A stretch of DNA of 64,000 nt, taken from positions 1-64,000 of the IMG/VR virus record IMGVR_UViG_3300024308_000016. One strand, written 5' to 3'. The position numbers and the translations under genes are program-made. Shown here in pieces: positions 19,334 to 28,726 of the stretch; within the stretch, counting starts at the first letter, position 1; each line of letters opens with the position of its first letter. The notes below the pieces were generated by a model, which saw nothing but the letters and a program-made list of their open reading frames with translations, was not told the DNA's origin and ran no database searches.

Positions 19334-19822
19334 ATGGCACGCAGCTACTATCGTGAACTGGAACTGGCCTTTCGTAAGGACTTTCGCATCATCTACGGCA
19401 AAGCCGATGAAGTGGCCAAGCTGCCAGCGGCTGAGCTCGAAGACCATGCGTTGGTGATCTTCACGCCCCATATCCCGCAAAAGCTCCAGGACTTGCGCCC
19501 GGTGCACCAGTCGCTGATCAGCACGGATGTGTTGTTCAACCGCAGGCATCCCACGTGCTTCAAGGACCAAGATGCGCTGGCTGACCATATCGTCGCTGTC
19601 CTCAAGAACAGCCAAGACAAGCGAGGCATCATCTTTTGCTGCGCCCAAGGCGAGATCCGTTCAGTGGAGTGCGCCTATACGGCCAAGCAAGGGTGCGAAC
19701 AGCCCTACTTCCAGGCCGTGGGCGGCAAGCTGAAGGCTGGAGGATCGAAAACCAGCGACCTTTTGTTCCGCGTCCACGGACCCCTGTTCGCTACGATGGC
19801 TCACGCCACGTTCGACAAGTAA
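19334..19822 (+). CDS. Protein-tyrosine/dual-specificity phosphatase-like protein
   Basis: IIFCCAQGEIRS = C-x5-R-S P-loop. Confidence 0.6.
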   Translation: MARSYYRELELAFRKDFRIIYGKADEVAKLPAAELEDHALVIFTPHIPQKLQDLRPVHQSLISTDVLFNRRHPTCFKDQDALADHIVAVLKNSQDKRGIIFCCAQGEIRSVECAYTAKQGCEQPYFQAVGGKLKAGGSKTSDLLFRVHGPLFATMAHATFDK

Positions 19823-19882
19823 TCGAACTAGCCCCAGCTTCCCGCGTCCTGAAGCTGGGCGCTCTAATAGAAAGCATTGAAA

Positions 19883-20728
19883 ATGACAGACTACATAAAA
19901 CTGTACGAGGCTATGCCGTCAGTTCACAGAGGCGTCACTGAAGAAAGCCACGCCAAGCTCACTGAGCTGCTGAAGTACGAGATTTCGGATGACGACCTGA
20001 AAGTCCCGGAGTCTGTAATTGAGGTGCTGGACTACCTGTGTGAGCGCACTCACCCGGAAGTGGTCGACCGTGTCATGCAGGCGTGCAGTCGCTATGACTG
20101 GACTCCCCAGTATGCGCAGGCACAGCGCCGGCTGGGGATCACGTTTGCTCAGACCTACCCGCACTTCAAAGCTCCGGTACTCGGGCAAAAGGTACTGGGC
20201 CTGGATATCGATGGAGTGCTCAACTCCTATCGAAGTGCTGTCATCTCCAGCTGGTCAGGTGGCAAACTCTTTGAAGTTGTCAATGACATCTGGCAAGAGA
20301 GAGCCGAAGTCCAGAAGTTCGACCAAGTAGGGCTGGTGTTCCTGCAAAGGCTGTGCAAGCTCGCTGATGTGGGCGTGCTGCTGGTCACTCAACAACGCGT
20401 CGGTATCGGACCTGTTGGTATGAACATCTTGTCCGAGGAGATGGGGCTACCCATCGTCGGGATGACCCGCAGCTTCGGCGCTCGCAAGGACGAGATTATG
20501 GAGTGGCTCAATCAGCACCCGGGAGTGCAACGCTTTGCCTCAGTGGACGACGAGTACTACTACGTCGACATCCATAAAGCCTCCGCTCGTGAGCCCTCCG
20601 AGCTCACGACTGACTCCATCCATGTGCGCATCGACCAGCACAATGGAATCCTGTACCACGACATGTGCCGTCTGTCCGAGTTCTTCGGTATTGACGTGCA
20701 TGACACCTTCAAGAAAAACCCATCATGA
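19883..20728 (+). CDS. HAD-superfamily phosphatase (RNA-repair-associated type)
   Basis: VLGLDIDGVLNS, EIMEWL and FASVDD motifs. Confidence 0.75.
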   Translation: MTDYIKLYEAMPSVHRGVTEESHAKLTELLKYEISDDDLKVPESVIEVLDYLCERTHPEVVDRVMQACSRYDWTPQYAQAQRRLGITFAQTYPHFKAPVLGQKVLGLDIDGVLNSYRSAVISSWSGGKLFEVVNDIWQERAEVQKFDQVGLVFLQRLCKLADVGVLLVTQQRVGIGPVGMNILSEEMGLPIVGMTRSFGARKDEIMEWLNQHPGVQRFASVDDEYYYVDIHKASAREPSELTTDSIHVRIDQHNGILYHDMCRLSEFFGIDVHDTFKKNPS

Positions 20729-21384
20729 TCAATTTCACCTCCGAATCCGGCTACGTCACGTTCTTGTCGTTTTTCGCAATACTGTACATTCTTGTGCGGC
20801 GCTTTTACTACGACCACAAGGCCCGAACCGTGGGCTCTTCGCATCTGCTGCCAATGACGGCACTACTGGGGTTGTATGCAATCGTCTCTATAAATCCTGA
20901 CGGCCATGGCTTTCGGGATCAGGGGATGGCGGCGATGTTCGCCTTGCTGTTTGTCGAGGCAGTGCTGGGTGCCTTCACCATCGTGGAACTAAACCGGCGC
21001 GTGAAGTCTCGCGATCGCACATGCAGCGACATAATTGCTCTGAAGACTGACTTGGAGCAACGACTGGAGCTGGCCGATGACCGTCTCGGAAGGATGCGCA
21101 TTGAGCGAGACAACCTCATGGCCGCTCTCAGGCGCTACCAAGAGCCCGACCTGATACCTGATCCATTCAAGGCGGTCACTGGCATCTGCTATGACGCCAA
21201 AAGTGACGACGAGCTTACCGCTGTCATGGCAGTGGTCGAGCATGGGGATATCGTGCGGATCAACCTGTACGGCACTCCGGGGTATTTCTTTGTCAATAAG
21301 GACAAAGCGATCTCACCTATCATGGACGAGCAGTTCGAGAACCTGAGCGCTGTCGTTCCGATGACGTGGAAGGATCCATCGTGA
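20725..21384 (+). CDS. Membrane protein (about 3 TM segments plus coiled coil)
   Basis: Hydrophobic N-terminal segments; ATGA coupling. Confidence 0.7.
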   Translation: MINFTSESGYVTFLSFFAILYILVRRFYYDHKARTVGSSHLLPMTALLGLYAIVSINPDGHGFRDQGMAAMFALLFVEAVLGAFTIVELNRRVKSRDRTCSDIIALKTDLEQRLELADDRLGRMRIERDNLMAALRRYQEPDLIPDPFKAVTGICYDAKSDDELTAVMAVVEHGDIVRINLYGTPGYFFVNKDKAISPIMDEQFENLSAVVPMTWKDPS

Positions 21385-21515
21385 AGGACATCATCGAGAT
21401 CTTCTCACGTCTGCAGGTCTCGGACCTTTTGATCATCCTGGGATTGTCGGTGCTTTATGCCCTGATCCTGGGCTGGTCCATGTACAAACACAAACGCAAC
21501 AAGGAAAATCAATGA
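21381..21515 (+). CDS. Small single-pass membrane peptide (44 aa)
   Basis: MKDIIEIFSRLQVSDLLIILGLSVLYALILGWSMYKHKRNKENQ; 4-nt overlaps with both neighbours; not in ORF track. Confidence 0.7.
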   Translation: MKDIIEIFSRLQVSDLLIILGLSVLYALILGWSMYKHKRNKENQ

Positions 21516-22048
21516 CTCCAGTGTCCATGGCCACCATCGGCCTTATTGTCCTACTCGCCACCAAGTGGTATAACCGAAAAAGCCCCGTCCTCACTATCTT
21601 CCACTTCCCGTGTGGTCTGATCTCAGCGCTGGTGATGGCTCTGATCATCGTCGTCTTTCGTACGGAAGGCCTCAACCCCGTCATCCCGGCGATCATGGGT
21701 GCTTTGTTTGCAGCCATCGAACTGTTGGACGCGCAGTTGCGTATCTTCAGAGAGCAAGCCGAAACTCAGCGCTGGAAAACGCTCTATGATGAGACCGTGA
21801 CCTCCACCAATCCCATCATGGACGAGCAGCGCAGGCTGTTGACCGAGCAGATGACCCTCATGGAGGAACAATCCACTTTGATCAAAGAAGCCAACACGGC
21901 TACCCGGGAAGCTTTGACCGGCATCCAGGTGCTCAAGGCAGCTTTGAATACCGAGCTGGCGCTTCGCGGCCAGCGCATGGCCACCGTCACTGCACAGGGC
22001 ATCATCACCGAACCCATCGAGGAGGCCAAAGATGGAACTGCTCAATGA
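21512..22048 (+). CDS. Membrane protein (about 3 TM segments plus coiled coil)
   Basis: Hydrophobic N-terminal half, heptad-like C-terminal half. Confidence 0.7.
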   Translation: MTPVSMATIGLIVLLATKWYNRKSPVLTIFHFPCGLISALVMALIIVVFRTEGLNPVIPAIMGALFAAIELLDAQLRIFREQAETQRWKTLYDETVTSTNPIMDEQRRLLTEQMTLMEEQSTLIKEANTATREALTGIQVLKAALNTELALRGQRMATVTAQGIITEPIEEAKDGTAQ

Positions 22049-22538
22049 TCCTTTCTTTCGGGGCACTGTCTCAGGTGCTTTGTTCTGCATAGCGGTCATC
22101 GTTTTTGGGCACACGGTGACTCAGAGCACAAACCGTCAGCTGGTAAACTACTGGCTGGTGGTAACGATCATACTGACAGCAGCCACAAACTGCTGGGGCT
22201 ACGCATTGTCCACGGCCAGTAGCCTGTCGATGATCTATTGGCTCAATGTGCTGGCGATCGTGATGAGTGCGTACTCCATGGGTGCGCATCTGCAGATCTT
22301 GGTGGCCGAGCGCCGAAAAGCGCGTAAGCCGATGCCCCTGGGCGCGTCCTTTGAAGGTTACGGTATCACTGCGCCGAAGGTCTATCGATTCCAAAATCTG
22401 GCGCAAGCGAGCAAAGAGCTTGTGACCAAAGGCGTAGCAGGCGATGTCGTCATCTTGCCCAACTCCGAGATCTACATACTCAAGAAGGGCATGGGGATCT
22501 TCGAGTTCGAGCTCCTGGATCCGGACGGATTCAATTAA
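22032..22538 (+). CDS. Membrane protein (about 3 TM segments)
   Basis: ggagg RBS, hydrophobic segments. Confidence 0.7.
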   Translation: MELLNDPFFRGTVSGALFCIAVIVFGHTVTQSTNRQLVNYWLVVTIILTAATNCWGYALSTASSLSMIYWLNVLAIVMSAYSMGAHLQILVAERRKARKPMPLGASFEGYGITAPKVYRFQNLAQASKELVTKGVAGDVVILPNSEIYILKKGMGIFEFELLDPDGFN

Positions 22539-22686
22539 AGATCAGTTTTCTCCTATCCCTTGGAGAAACGATTCGCACTCAGCCTCGCCACCACGATTGT
22601 CGCAACCACTCAAGGCGCATTGGGTTGGATCGTTACCAAGTTCCTCAAGACTTGGTGCTATTTCCGAAAGAGAAAAGGGTAGAGAA

Positions 22687-22730
22687 CCACCGACGGCCTT
22701 CGGGCCGTCGGTGGGGATCTTTGTTTTTTG
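22687..22730 (+). terminator. Intrinsic terminator
   Basis: ccaccgacggcc-ttcg-ggccgtcggtgg plus T tract. Confidence 0.8.
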
Positions 22731-22775
22731 ACCCTCTGAGGTCATGAAGTGGTGCAACTTTACTGGTAATCTATC

Positions 22776-23282
22776 ATGACAGAAGAAAGCGAAAACCCCT
22801 GGCTCCAGGCGTCGGAGTTGGACGACGAGATGATGGGCCTGATCGCCGACATCAGTGACCGGCGTATTGCCAAGAACGACCAAACCATGCTGGATCGTCC
22901 GTCCTTCGAGGACTGGATCTGCGACAATCTGTATCCTCGGTTCAGTATCGGCTGGTCAGCGTGGAACTCCATGGGTGCCTACTCATCCAAAGAAGCCCTG
23001 CAATCGGCGAGCCTGCGCACACTGGGCTACACACTGCCGTCTACCGTGCAATGGCGTATGCCCCAAGACCTGTTGTGTTCCCTTCCTTCGGGTCTGGAGG
23101 CTGAGTACGGCACCTTCGATACGCTGTCGATGATGAAGATCGTCGGCAGCTACGGACCCAAGGTCGACTTCACGGACCACCTGAACATGACTCCTACAGA
23201 AGAACTGTTTCGGGAATGGGTCAAGTTCCAGGAAGAAGAGCAAGCTAACCTCATCAGCGCAGACCCCAATTGCGAACTCTAA
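22776..23282 (+). CDS. Hypothetical protein
   Basis: 168-aa ORF. Confidence 0.65.
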   Translation: MTEESENPWLQASELDDEMMGLIADISDRRIAKNDQTMLDRPSFEDWICDNLYPRFSIGWSAWNSMGAYSSKEALQSASLRTLGYTLPSTVQWRMPQDLLCSLPSGLEAEYGTFDTLSMMKIVGSYGPKVDFTDHLNMTPTEELFREWVKFQEEEQANLISADPNCEL

Positions 23283-23578
23283 AGCCTGGAGATGCGTGGT
23301 ACGAGGATCTGCTTGCCATCGCACTTCGAGCCGAAGACAAGTTAGGCCACATCTACGTCAAGCTGTCCTCAGGTTCTGAGGTGCGGCTTGTACGGGACAT
23401 CCAGTACTTCCAACGAAGTAGAGAGATCGTCCACATCAAGGTCGCTCCCAAAGAGCTCCAGACCTTGTTCGGAGCTGAATGCGTAGGCATCAGCTACTCC
23501 GTCGTGAACTGCGCCACCTCCCACGAAAAGCGCGTGTACACTCAACACAAACCCTGGTATAGAAAGACATCAAAATGA
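23270..23578 (+). CDS. Hypothetical protein
   Basis: Fills gap, coupled to NUDIX gene. Confidence 0.55.
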   Translation: MRTLKPGDAWYEDLLAIALRAEDKLGHIYVKLSSGSEVRLVRDIQYFQRSREIVHIKVAPKELQTLFGAECVGISYSVVNCATSHEKRVYTQHKPWYRKTSK

Positions 23579-24687
23579 GCATCACCGAAACCATCAAAGA
23601 AATAGACCACGTCCGAGAAGGCCGCAACGAGATCATCGCGGAGATCGTGCAGACTGCGGCCCTCACGACGTTCCTGGGTTACCGGGCCAACCTCGTGTAC
23701 GCGCCTGCCGCTCAAGGCGAGGTGCTCGCTCGCCTGCTGGCAACCGCCACATGCCCCACTGTCGGGCTGGTGGTCAGTCCACTGGACCTCCAGCGCTTTC
23801 GCGTGCATGCCAAGGTGGCCGAAGGCCACCCTCTGAACCTGTTCGCCGCCGTCAGGGAGTACTTCCGCGGCGCCAGCTGTGACGACCACGACACGTTCAT
23901 TGTGCGCCAAGAGCGTTTTCTGGACTTCATCAATGGCAAGATGAAGTTTGCGGCATGTGTGCAAGCCCGGCAGCTGGACTTCGGCCTGAAGGAAGGCCAC
24001 CCTGACTGGTTCCCGCGTGGATCCGGCAGGGGCCTTGCCCAGATCGACGAGCTGCTGAGCGATTCGTCCACCATCGTCTCGATGGAAGACCGCTTTTACT
24101 GCGAGGACAACCCCAACCTGCGCCAGCTGTTGCCCTACATCTCGGTCTTCGACTACGAGGGCAACATGCTGGCCTATCAGCGGCCGTACTCGGGCGACGA
24201 GGCCAAGCTGCACGCCAAGTGGTCGATCGGCTTCGGCGGTCATGTCGACACTCTGCGCAAGGCGCGTCAGTCGTGGGTGGACTACATCGTGGACAACGCG
24301 GTGCGTGAGCTCATCGAGGAGCTGCCCCTGGACAAGGCCGCCATCGCAAGGACCCTGCGCTGCTCCCAGCACGACGTGCACAAGTGTTTCGGCGAGTTCG
24401 TCGCGGCCCAGATGCGCGAGAACATCCTCATCAAGAACCGGATGACGGTGATCGCAGGCAACGAAGGCGTTGACCGGATGCATCTGGGTCTGGGCTTGGA
24501 TGTGACCATCCCTCACGAGTGGCTGGTGATTGCTGAAAACGACGAAGTCACCCAGCTCACGTGGATGCCAGCGACTGAAGCGGTCGCAGGTGCCAAACTG
24601 GCTAACCATTCCTACTCTCGCAACTGGGAGAGCTGGTCGGCCAAGCTGCTGCGCTCGGATCTGGGCGCTGACCTGATCGTCGGCTGA
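23575..24687 (+). CDS. NUDIX hydrolase with N-terminal extension
   Basis: YQR...EAKLHAKWSIGFGGHVD ... AVRELIEEL Nudix box; HLGLG motif. Confidence 0.85.
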   Translation: MSITETIKEIDHVREGRNEIIAEIVQTAALTTFLGYRANLVYAPAAQGEVLARLLATATCPTVGLVVSPLDLQRFRVHAKVAEGHPLNLFAAVREYFRGASCDDHDTFIVRQERFLDFINGKMKFAACVQARQLDFGLKEGHPDWFPRGSGRGLAQIDELLSDSSTIVSMEDRFYCEDNPNLRQLLPYISVFDYEGNMLAYQRPYSGDEAKLHAKWSIGFGGHVDTLRKARQSWVDYIVDNAVRELIEELPLDKAAIARTLRCSQHDVHKCFGEFVAAQMRENILIKNRMTVIAGNEGVDRMHLGLGLDVTIPHEWLVIAENDEVTQLTWMPATEAVAGAKLANHSYSRNWESWSAKLLRSDLGADLIVG

Positions 24688-24701
24688 TAAGCCTGACGGG
24701 C

Positions 24702-24739
24702 TTTGTAGATTATTTCGATCACATATACTCTACTTGAGG
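24702..24739 (+). promoter_or_regulatory. Phage bipartite promoter motif, copy 5
   Basis: tttgta at 24702, cacatatactctacttgagg at 24720. Confidence 0.8.
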
Positions 24740-24800
24740 ATTGGATCTATTCTTAGTCCCAAAGCTCGTCTTCTTATCTAACTCCGCTAAAGGAATTGCC

Positions 24801-24959
24801 ATGAACGCTTTCGCATTTGCCCTGGTTTTGTTTGTTGCTGCTGTCGCCATCTTGGCTTTGGCCAACCTGCCCTGGCTCGGCTGGGGCATCATGGCACTGG
24901 CTTTGATCCCGCTGGGCATGAGCCTGGCAGATCACTGCGATCCCTTGCAAGGTCTGTAA
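24801..24959 (+). CDS. Small 2-TM membrane protein
   Basis: aagga RBS; MNAFAFALVLF...; followed by a hairpin. Confidence 0.65.
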   Translation: MNAFAFALVLFVAAVAILALANLPWLGWGIMALALIPLGMSLADHCDPLQGL

Positions 24960-25031
24960 GAACTACTCCTCAGTCCGACTCTTCTCCGGAAGGGTCGGGC
25001 GTTGCGTCTCTCTTTTTTCGCGTACCCTAAA

Positions 25032-25808
25032 ATGAAAGCCTTCAAAGACCTGTCGTCCGCACCTGCGGATACCATCGATCAACTTATCGCATCCCGTGAG
25101 CTCGACCGGCACCCGGAGATGTTCAGAAAGATCATTGAAGAGCTCAAGCTCATCAAGATGCTGCGCAACGTACGCAATAGCGAACACCTGACAATGATCG
25201 ACACACTGGCTATCAACCGGGTGCTGAACTTCTTCGAAGCATCGTGCCTTGGCGGCTTCACCGTCAGTGAGCGGCGCATAGGGGTAGCTGCGGCTATCTT
25301 GACTAGCTGCGTACATGTAGGCGAAATCAAGCGCTCAGCGATCCATGCTCCCCAAAACACGGACACTCTGGTACCTGTGTATTTGAAACGCCTGCAGGAC
25401 TATTCCCAGCTGATCGACTACGGCGTGCCGGAAGCAGAAGTTCCGCAGATCGACAGGGTCACCCGTCTTTTGATGGCGAGAAACCCCAGCCGCTCGTCCA
25501 TGGGCTCCAATCGCATCGCGGTGTTCTTGGTGGACGCGTCGATGGCGTGGATCACCTCGGGCAACCAAGAGCTGATCGACTTCATGATCGGTGACAACTT
25601 CATCCGCTTCAAAGCGGCGGGCTCCCCGTCGTGCTCGACATCGGTGATCATGGCTTTGAAGGACGTGACACTGCCCGATAAGATCAACCGGGCACTGAAT
25701 ACACCCCATGCTACTGCAAGCCTGACCCAATGGGGTACGGCTCGTAGTTTCTCCCGCAATACCGCCCAAGCGGTCAAGTCGATCCGAGCAAAGATCGCAT
25801 ATCTCTAA
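25032..25808 (+). CDS. Hypothetical protein
   Basis: Long ORF. Confidence 0.65.
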   Translation: MKAFKDLSSAPADTIDQLIASRELDRHPEMFRKIIEELKLIKMLRNVRNSEHLTMIDTLAINRVLNFFEASCLGGFTVSERRIGVAAAILTSCVHVGEIKRSAIHAPQNTDTLVPVYLKRLQDYSQLIDYGVPEAEVPQIDRVTRLLMARNPSRSSMGSNRIAVFLVDASMAWITSGNQELIDFMIGDNFIRFKAAGSPSCSTSVIMALKDVTLPDKINRALNTPHATASLTQWGTARSFSRNTAQAVKSIRAKIAYL

Positions 25809-25826
25809 TAGAAAGCACCTACCTGA

Positions 25827-26495
25827 ATGTCTGATACCCCTATCGTGTTTCCATTTGGCCTCACGCTGGCCCGCGCGCACCGGACTCCCGCAGAGTTTAC
25901 CACCGCTTTGGTGGAGAACCTGGAGAAGCTGATCATGAACCCAGATCCAGAAGCCGAGCCCTTCTCGATCAAGATCCGCGCGTATATGCATAAGAACGAA
26001 GCAGGCGACCAGATCGCCCGTGCAGTGATCCAACACATCGCTGACGAAAACGATCGCCAGGAGATTGATCCGACTAGCCAGCTGTCGATCGCCGAACTGG
26101 AGGCGTCGGTCCTGTACGATTTGCACGACCACGTCACCGACATGTACGTGGGAATGGGTATTGAATTCCTGGAATCCCGGGATGTGATCGCTGCCTTGAT
26201 GGACTATGTTGATCAAGATGGCTTCAACCTGGATGAAGTCAATCAGCGCATGGCTCTGGCTCCGGGACCTACCAAGGTCTCTATGGAGCGGCTGCTGGAG
26301 ATCAACTACTTTTTCGAGCCCGGCAAGCTGACGGTCGGTATGTCCATGGGCTTCGAATACGAGATCAACGACGCCCAAAGCCGTCGTGAAGAAGCTGCGG
26401 CCCTCGGCCTGAAGGTGGAGCTCCCCGACGCTCCCCGACGCCAAGCCTTCTTCTACGACGAGCGCACGTTCGAAACCCTCCCTATCTTCAATTGA
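25827..26495 (+). CDS. Hypothetical acidic protein
   Basis: aatagaaag RBS. Confidence 0.7.
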   Translation: MSDTPIVFPFGLTLARAHRTPAEFTTALVENLEKLIMNPDPEAEPFSIKIRAYMHKNEAGDQIARAVIQHIADENDRQEIDPTSQLSIAELEASVLYDLHDHVTDMYVGMGIEFLESRDVIAALMDYVDQDGFNLDEVNQRMALAPGPTKVSMERLLEINYFFEPGKLTVGMSMGFEYEINDAQSRREEAAALGLKVELPDAPRRQAFFYDERTFETLPIFN

Positions 26496-26503
26496 AAGTT
26501 GCT

Positions 26504-27187
26504 ATGTCCACACCTATCTACTACACCCAGCTGTTTGCCCACAACACCACCCTGCGCGAGAAGGTCCTGCGCGCAGTACTGGAGGACCAATGGGAAAACG
26601 GCAATCCCCTGGTCACGTTCCCCACAGACAAAGTCATCATCACCAAGGGCGTACGGCCGGCGGCTTACCTGAAGGGCCCGATCATCTCCATCGGCCTGAG
26701 CATGCAAGAATGCCCGACTGCGGTCTTCACGCAGGACGCCGATGGCTTCGAGTGCCTGACGTTCTCGGTGCGCTTTTCCGGTCAGATCGTGGTTTCGGAG
26801 ATCCGGCTCCTCGACATCACCGAGATCCGGGACCGCACCGCCACCGATGGCACCAACGCCACAGTGTTCTACTCGATGGAGCATCGGGGTATGATCCAGG
26901 CGCTCACTCATGAGCCCCTGGCATTCGTGGAGCACGATGGCGAGGCGCTGCAGGTAAACCTCAACACCAGTGAGCGCGTTCCGATGGCCCCTGCTGGCCT
27001 CAAGGTCGTCAAAAAGACTGAACCCGCCAATCCCGACTGTCCCGTGGTGATGATCGAGGAAGTTGATAACATCACTGTCACCGCCGGAGATCCCAAGCGG
27101 GTCATCGACTATGACGCGCTCCAAGCGGGCTTGGCCTCTGGCAAGGTGGTGGACCTGAACGCCTACAAAGCCGCACGCCGCGGCTGA
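26504..27187 (+). CDS. SspB-like (ClpXP adaptor) protein
   Basis: LTFSVRFSG...IRLLDITEIRDR resembles SspB core; PAGLKVVK and C-terminal KVVDLNAYK resemble ClpX-binding tails. Confidence 0.6.
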   Translation: MSTPIYYTQLFAHNTTLREKVLRAVLEDQWENGNPLVTFPTDKVIITKGVRPAAYLKGPIISIGLSMQECPTAVFTQDADGFECLTFSVRFSGQIVVSEIRLLDITEIRDRTATDGTNATVFYSMEHRGMIQALTHEPLAFVEHDGEALQVNLNTSERVPMAPAGLKVVKKTEPANPDCPVVMIEEVDNITVTAGDPKRVIDYDALQAGLASGKVVDLNAYKAARRG

Positions 27188-27190
27188 TCG

Positions 27191-27226
27191 AAGGAGGCCC
27201 CCATCGCGGGGCCTTCTTTTTTTGTC
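27191..27226 (+). terminator. Intrinsic terminator
   Basis: aaggaggcccc ... ggggccttctt plus tttttgtc. Confidence 0.75.
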
Positions 27227-27247
27227 TCTCTATTAGAAAGGTATCGC

Positions 27248-27838
27248 ATGTTTGACATCATGGATCTGGAAGGCTACCAGATCGGCAGGGTCGAAGACAG
27301 TGAGTACGACTTTTACCGTGACTTGCTCAGCGACCTCAAGAACGTGGAGCTGCGCCTGATCTGCAACATCTCGCGCATCAAGCGCCTGCCCAGCAACGCC
27401 GACGATATCCGCGACCAGTTCGAGGAGATCGCGGAGAAGTTCAAGACGCTGCCGCCTGCGCAGGTCAACACGGTGTTGATGTTCAAGATCGACGGCATGA
27501 TCGTGCATACTGGCAACTGGGTCTTCAACCAGGGTTTGAGCGATCGACTGCAAAAACTGGTCTTCTCCATGACCAAGGCCGCTGGCAAGATCGACTACAT
27601 CGGAATTGACCCGGTGGAGATCCAAAAAGTGCAGGTGCGCTCTATCTGCATCAATCCGTTCCCGGATCTGCGGGGCAACTCCCCCACTTACGGCACCATC
27701 ATCAAAACACGTCCCCAAAAGGGGGCCAGTGTGGTACTGGGAGGCCGGGCCTGGGAAGATCGCCCTAACCTGGCGCAGTTCATCAGCGCCTATGTGGCCG
27801 ATGCCAGCAAATACGTAAAGGAAGACCCCGATGAGTAA
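27248..27838 (+). CDS. Hypothetical protein
   Basis: gaaagg RBS. Confidence 0.7.
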   Translation: MFDIMDLEGYQIGRVEDSEYDFYRDLLSDLKNVELRLICNISRIKRLPSNADDIRDQFEEIAEKFKTLPPAQVNTVLMFKIDGMIVHTGNWVFNQGLSDRLQKLVFSMTKAAGKIDYIGIDPVEIQKVQVRSICINPFPDLRGNSPTYGTIIKTRPQKGASVVLGGRAWEDRPNLAQFISAYVADASKYVKEDPDE

Positions 27839-28214
27839 GATCGACATCTCTCCGTTCATCGACTTGGATCTAACAGAAGACATGGTCAAGATCCTGCGCG
27901 CCACCGGTGATGTGACCCTGAACAACAACGGTCACAACCAGACGGTTTCCTGGATCAGCCTGCAGGGGCTGCGGTCCCTGTGCCTGGGCGTCAAGCCCAT
28001 TGGGGGTAAGGGGTTCGACCCCTACAACTTCAATGTGCGTATCTACCGGCCCGCGGACAACGGCGGCTACGCATGTCGGCTGATGTGCTACAACGCCCGC
28101 ACTCCCGTGGATCTGATACGCGGCGAACATTTCTTCAACCACGACATCGTGCTGAGGGTGGGCTGCTGCAACGTTGCAGGCCTGACGGCCTACACTTTCC
28201 CGATCAAGGAGTAA
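27831..28214 (+). CDS. Hypothetical protein
   Basis: Operonic overlap. Confidence 0.7.
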   Translation: MSKIDISPFIDLDLTEDMVKILRATGDVTLNNNGHNQTVSWISLQGLRSLCLGVKPIGGKGFDPYNFNVRIYRPADNGGYACRLMCYNARTPVDLIRGEHFFNHDIVLRVGCCNVAGLTAYTFPIKE

Positions 28215-28219
28215 GCCGG

Positions 28220-28621
28220 ATGCTCAAGTTAATTCAAGAGCGGATCAACCACAAGGCGTTCATGCAGTCCAAGCTCACCAAGCGCATGTTCCGAAAACTG
28301 CAGAACATGGGTAAGGTGGGCGTTAACGAGATGCGCGCTGTCGATATGGACAAGTATCGCTACTCCACCGTCTGGTTTTGCACTCAGGGATTGGCGTCGT
28401 TCCAAGTCTCCATCGCCGACACTATGGAGACCCAAAAGACGGTGATCTCCACCACCATCACCGTCTACTGCAAGGACCGCATCGCCCGGATGATCCACAT
28501 GGGCCGCACCTACAACGGTGACGTGATCCGGGACTTCGGCTTCATCAACGTCGTCGCAGTCCGTGTGGCAACCGTCGGTGATGTGGGCATCGCCACCAGC
28601 GCCAAGCCTGCCGCTGTATAG
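28220..28621 (+). CDS. Hypothetical protein
   Basis: aaggag RBS; terminator hairpin follows at about 28628-28681. Confidence 0.7.
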   Translation: MLKLIQERINHKAFMQSKLTKRMFRKLQNMGKVGVNEMRAVDMDKYRYSTVWFCTQGLASFQVSIADTMETQKTVISTTITVYCKDRIARMIHMGRTYNGDVIRDFGFINVVAVRVATVGDVGIATSAKPAAV

Positions 28622-28726
28622 CATACCTCCCCTCCCAGGCGCCTTGCGGCGTCTGGGGGAGGACGGTGACTTTGTTTTTTGGTCTAAGTTGTCTATCCAG
28701 TAGTTAGGAACGAAAGGATAGACTCC

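Noticed and set aside
25032-25808. HD-domain hydrolase
   Set aside because: No intact HD motif; left as hypothetical
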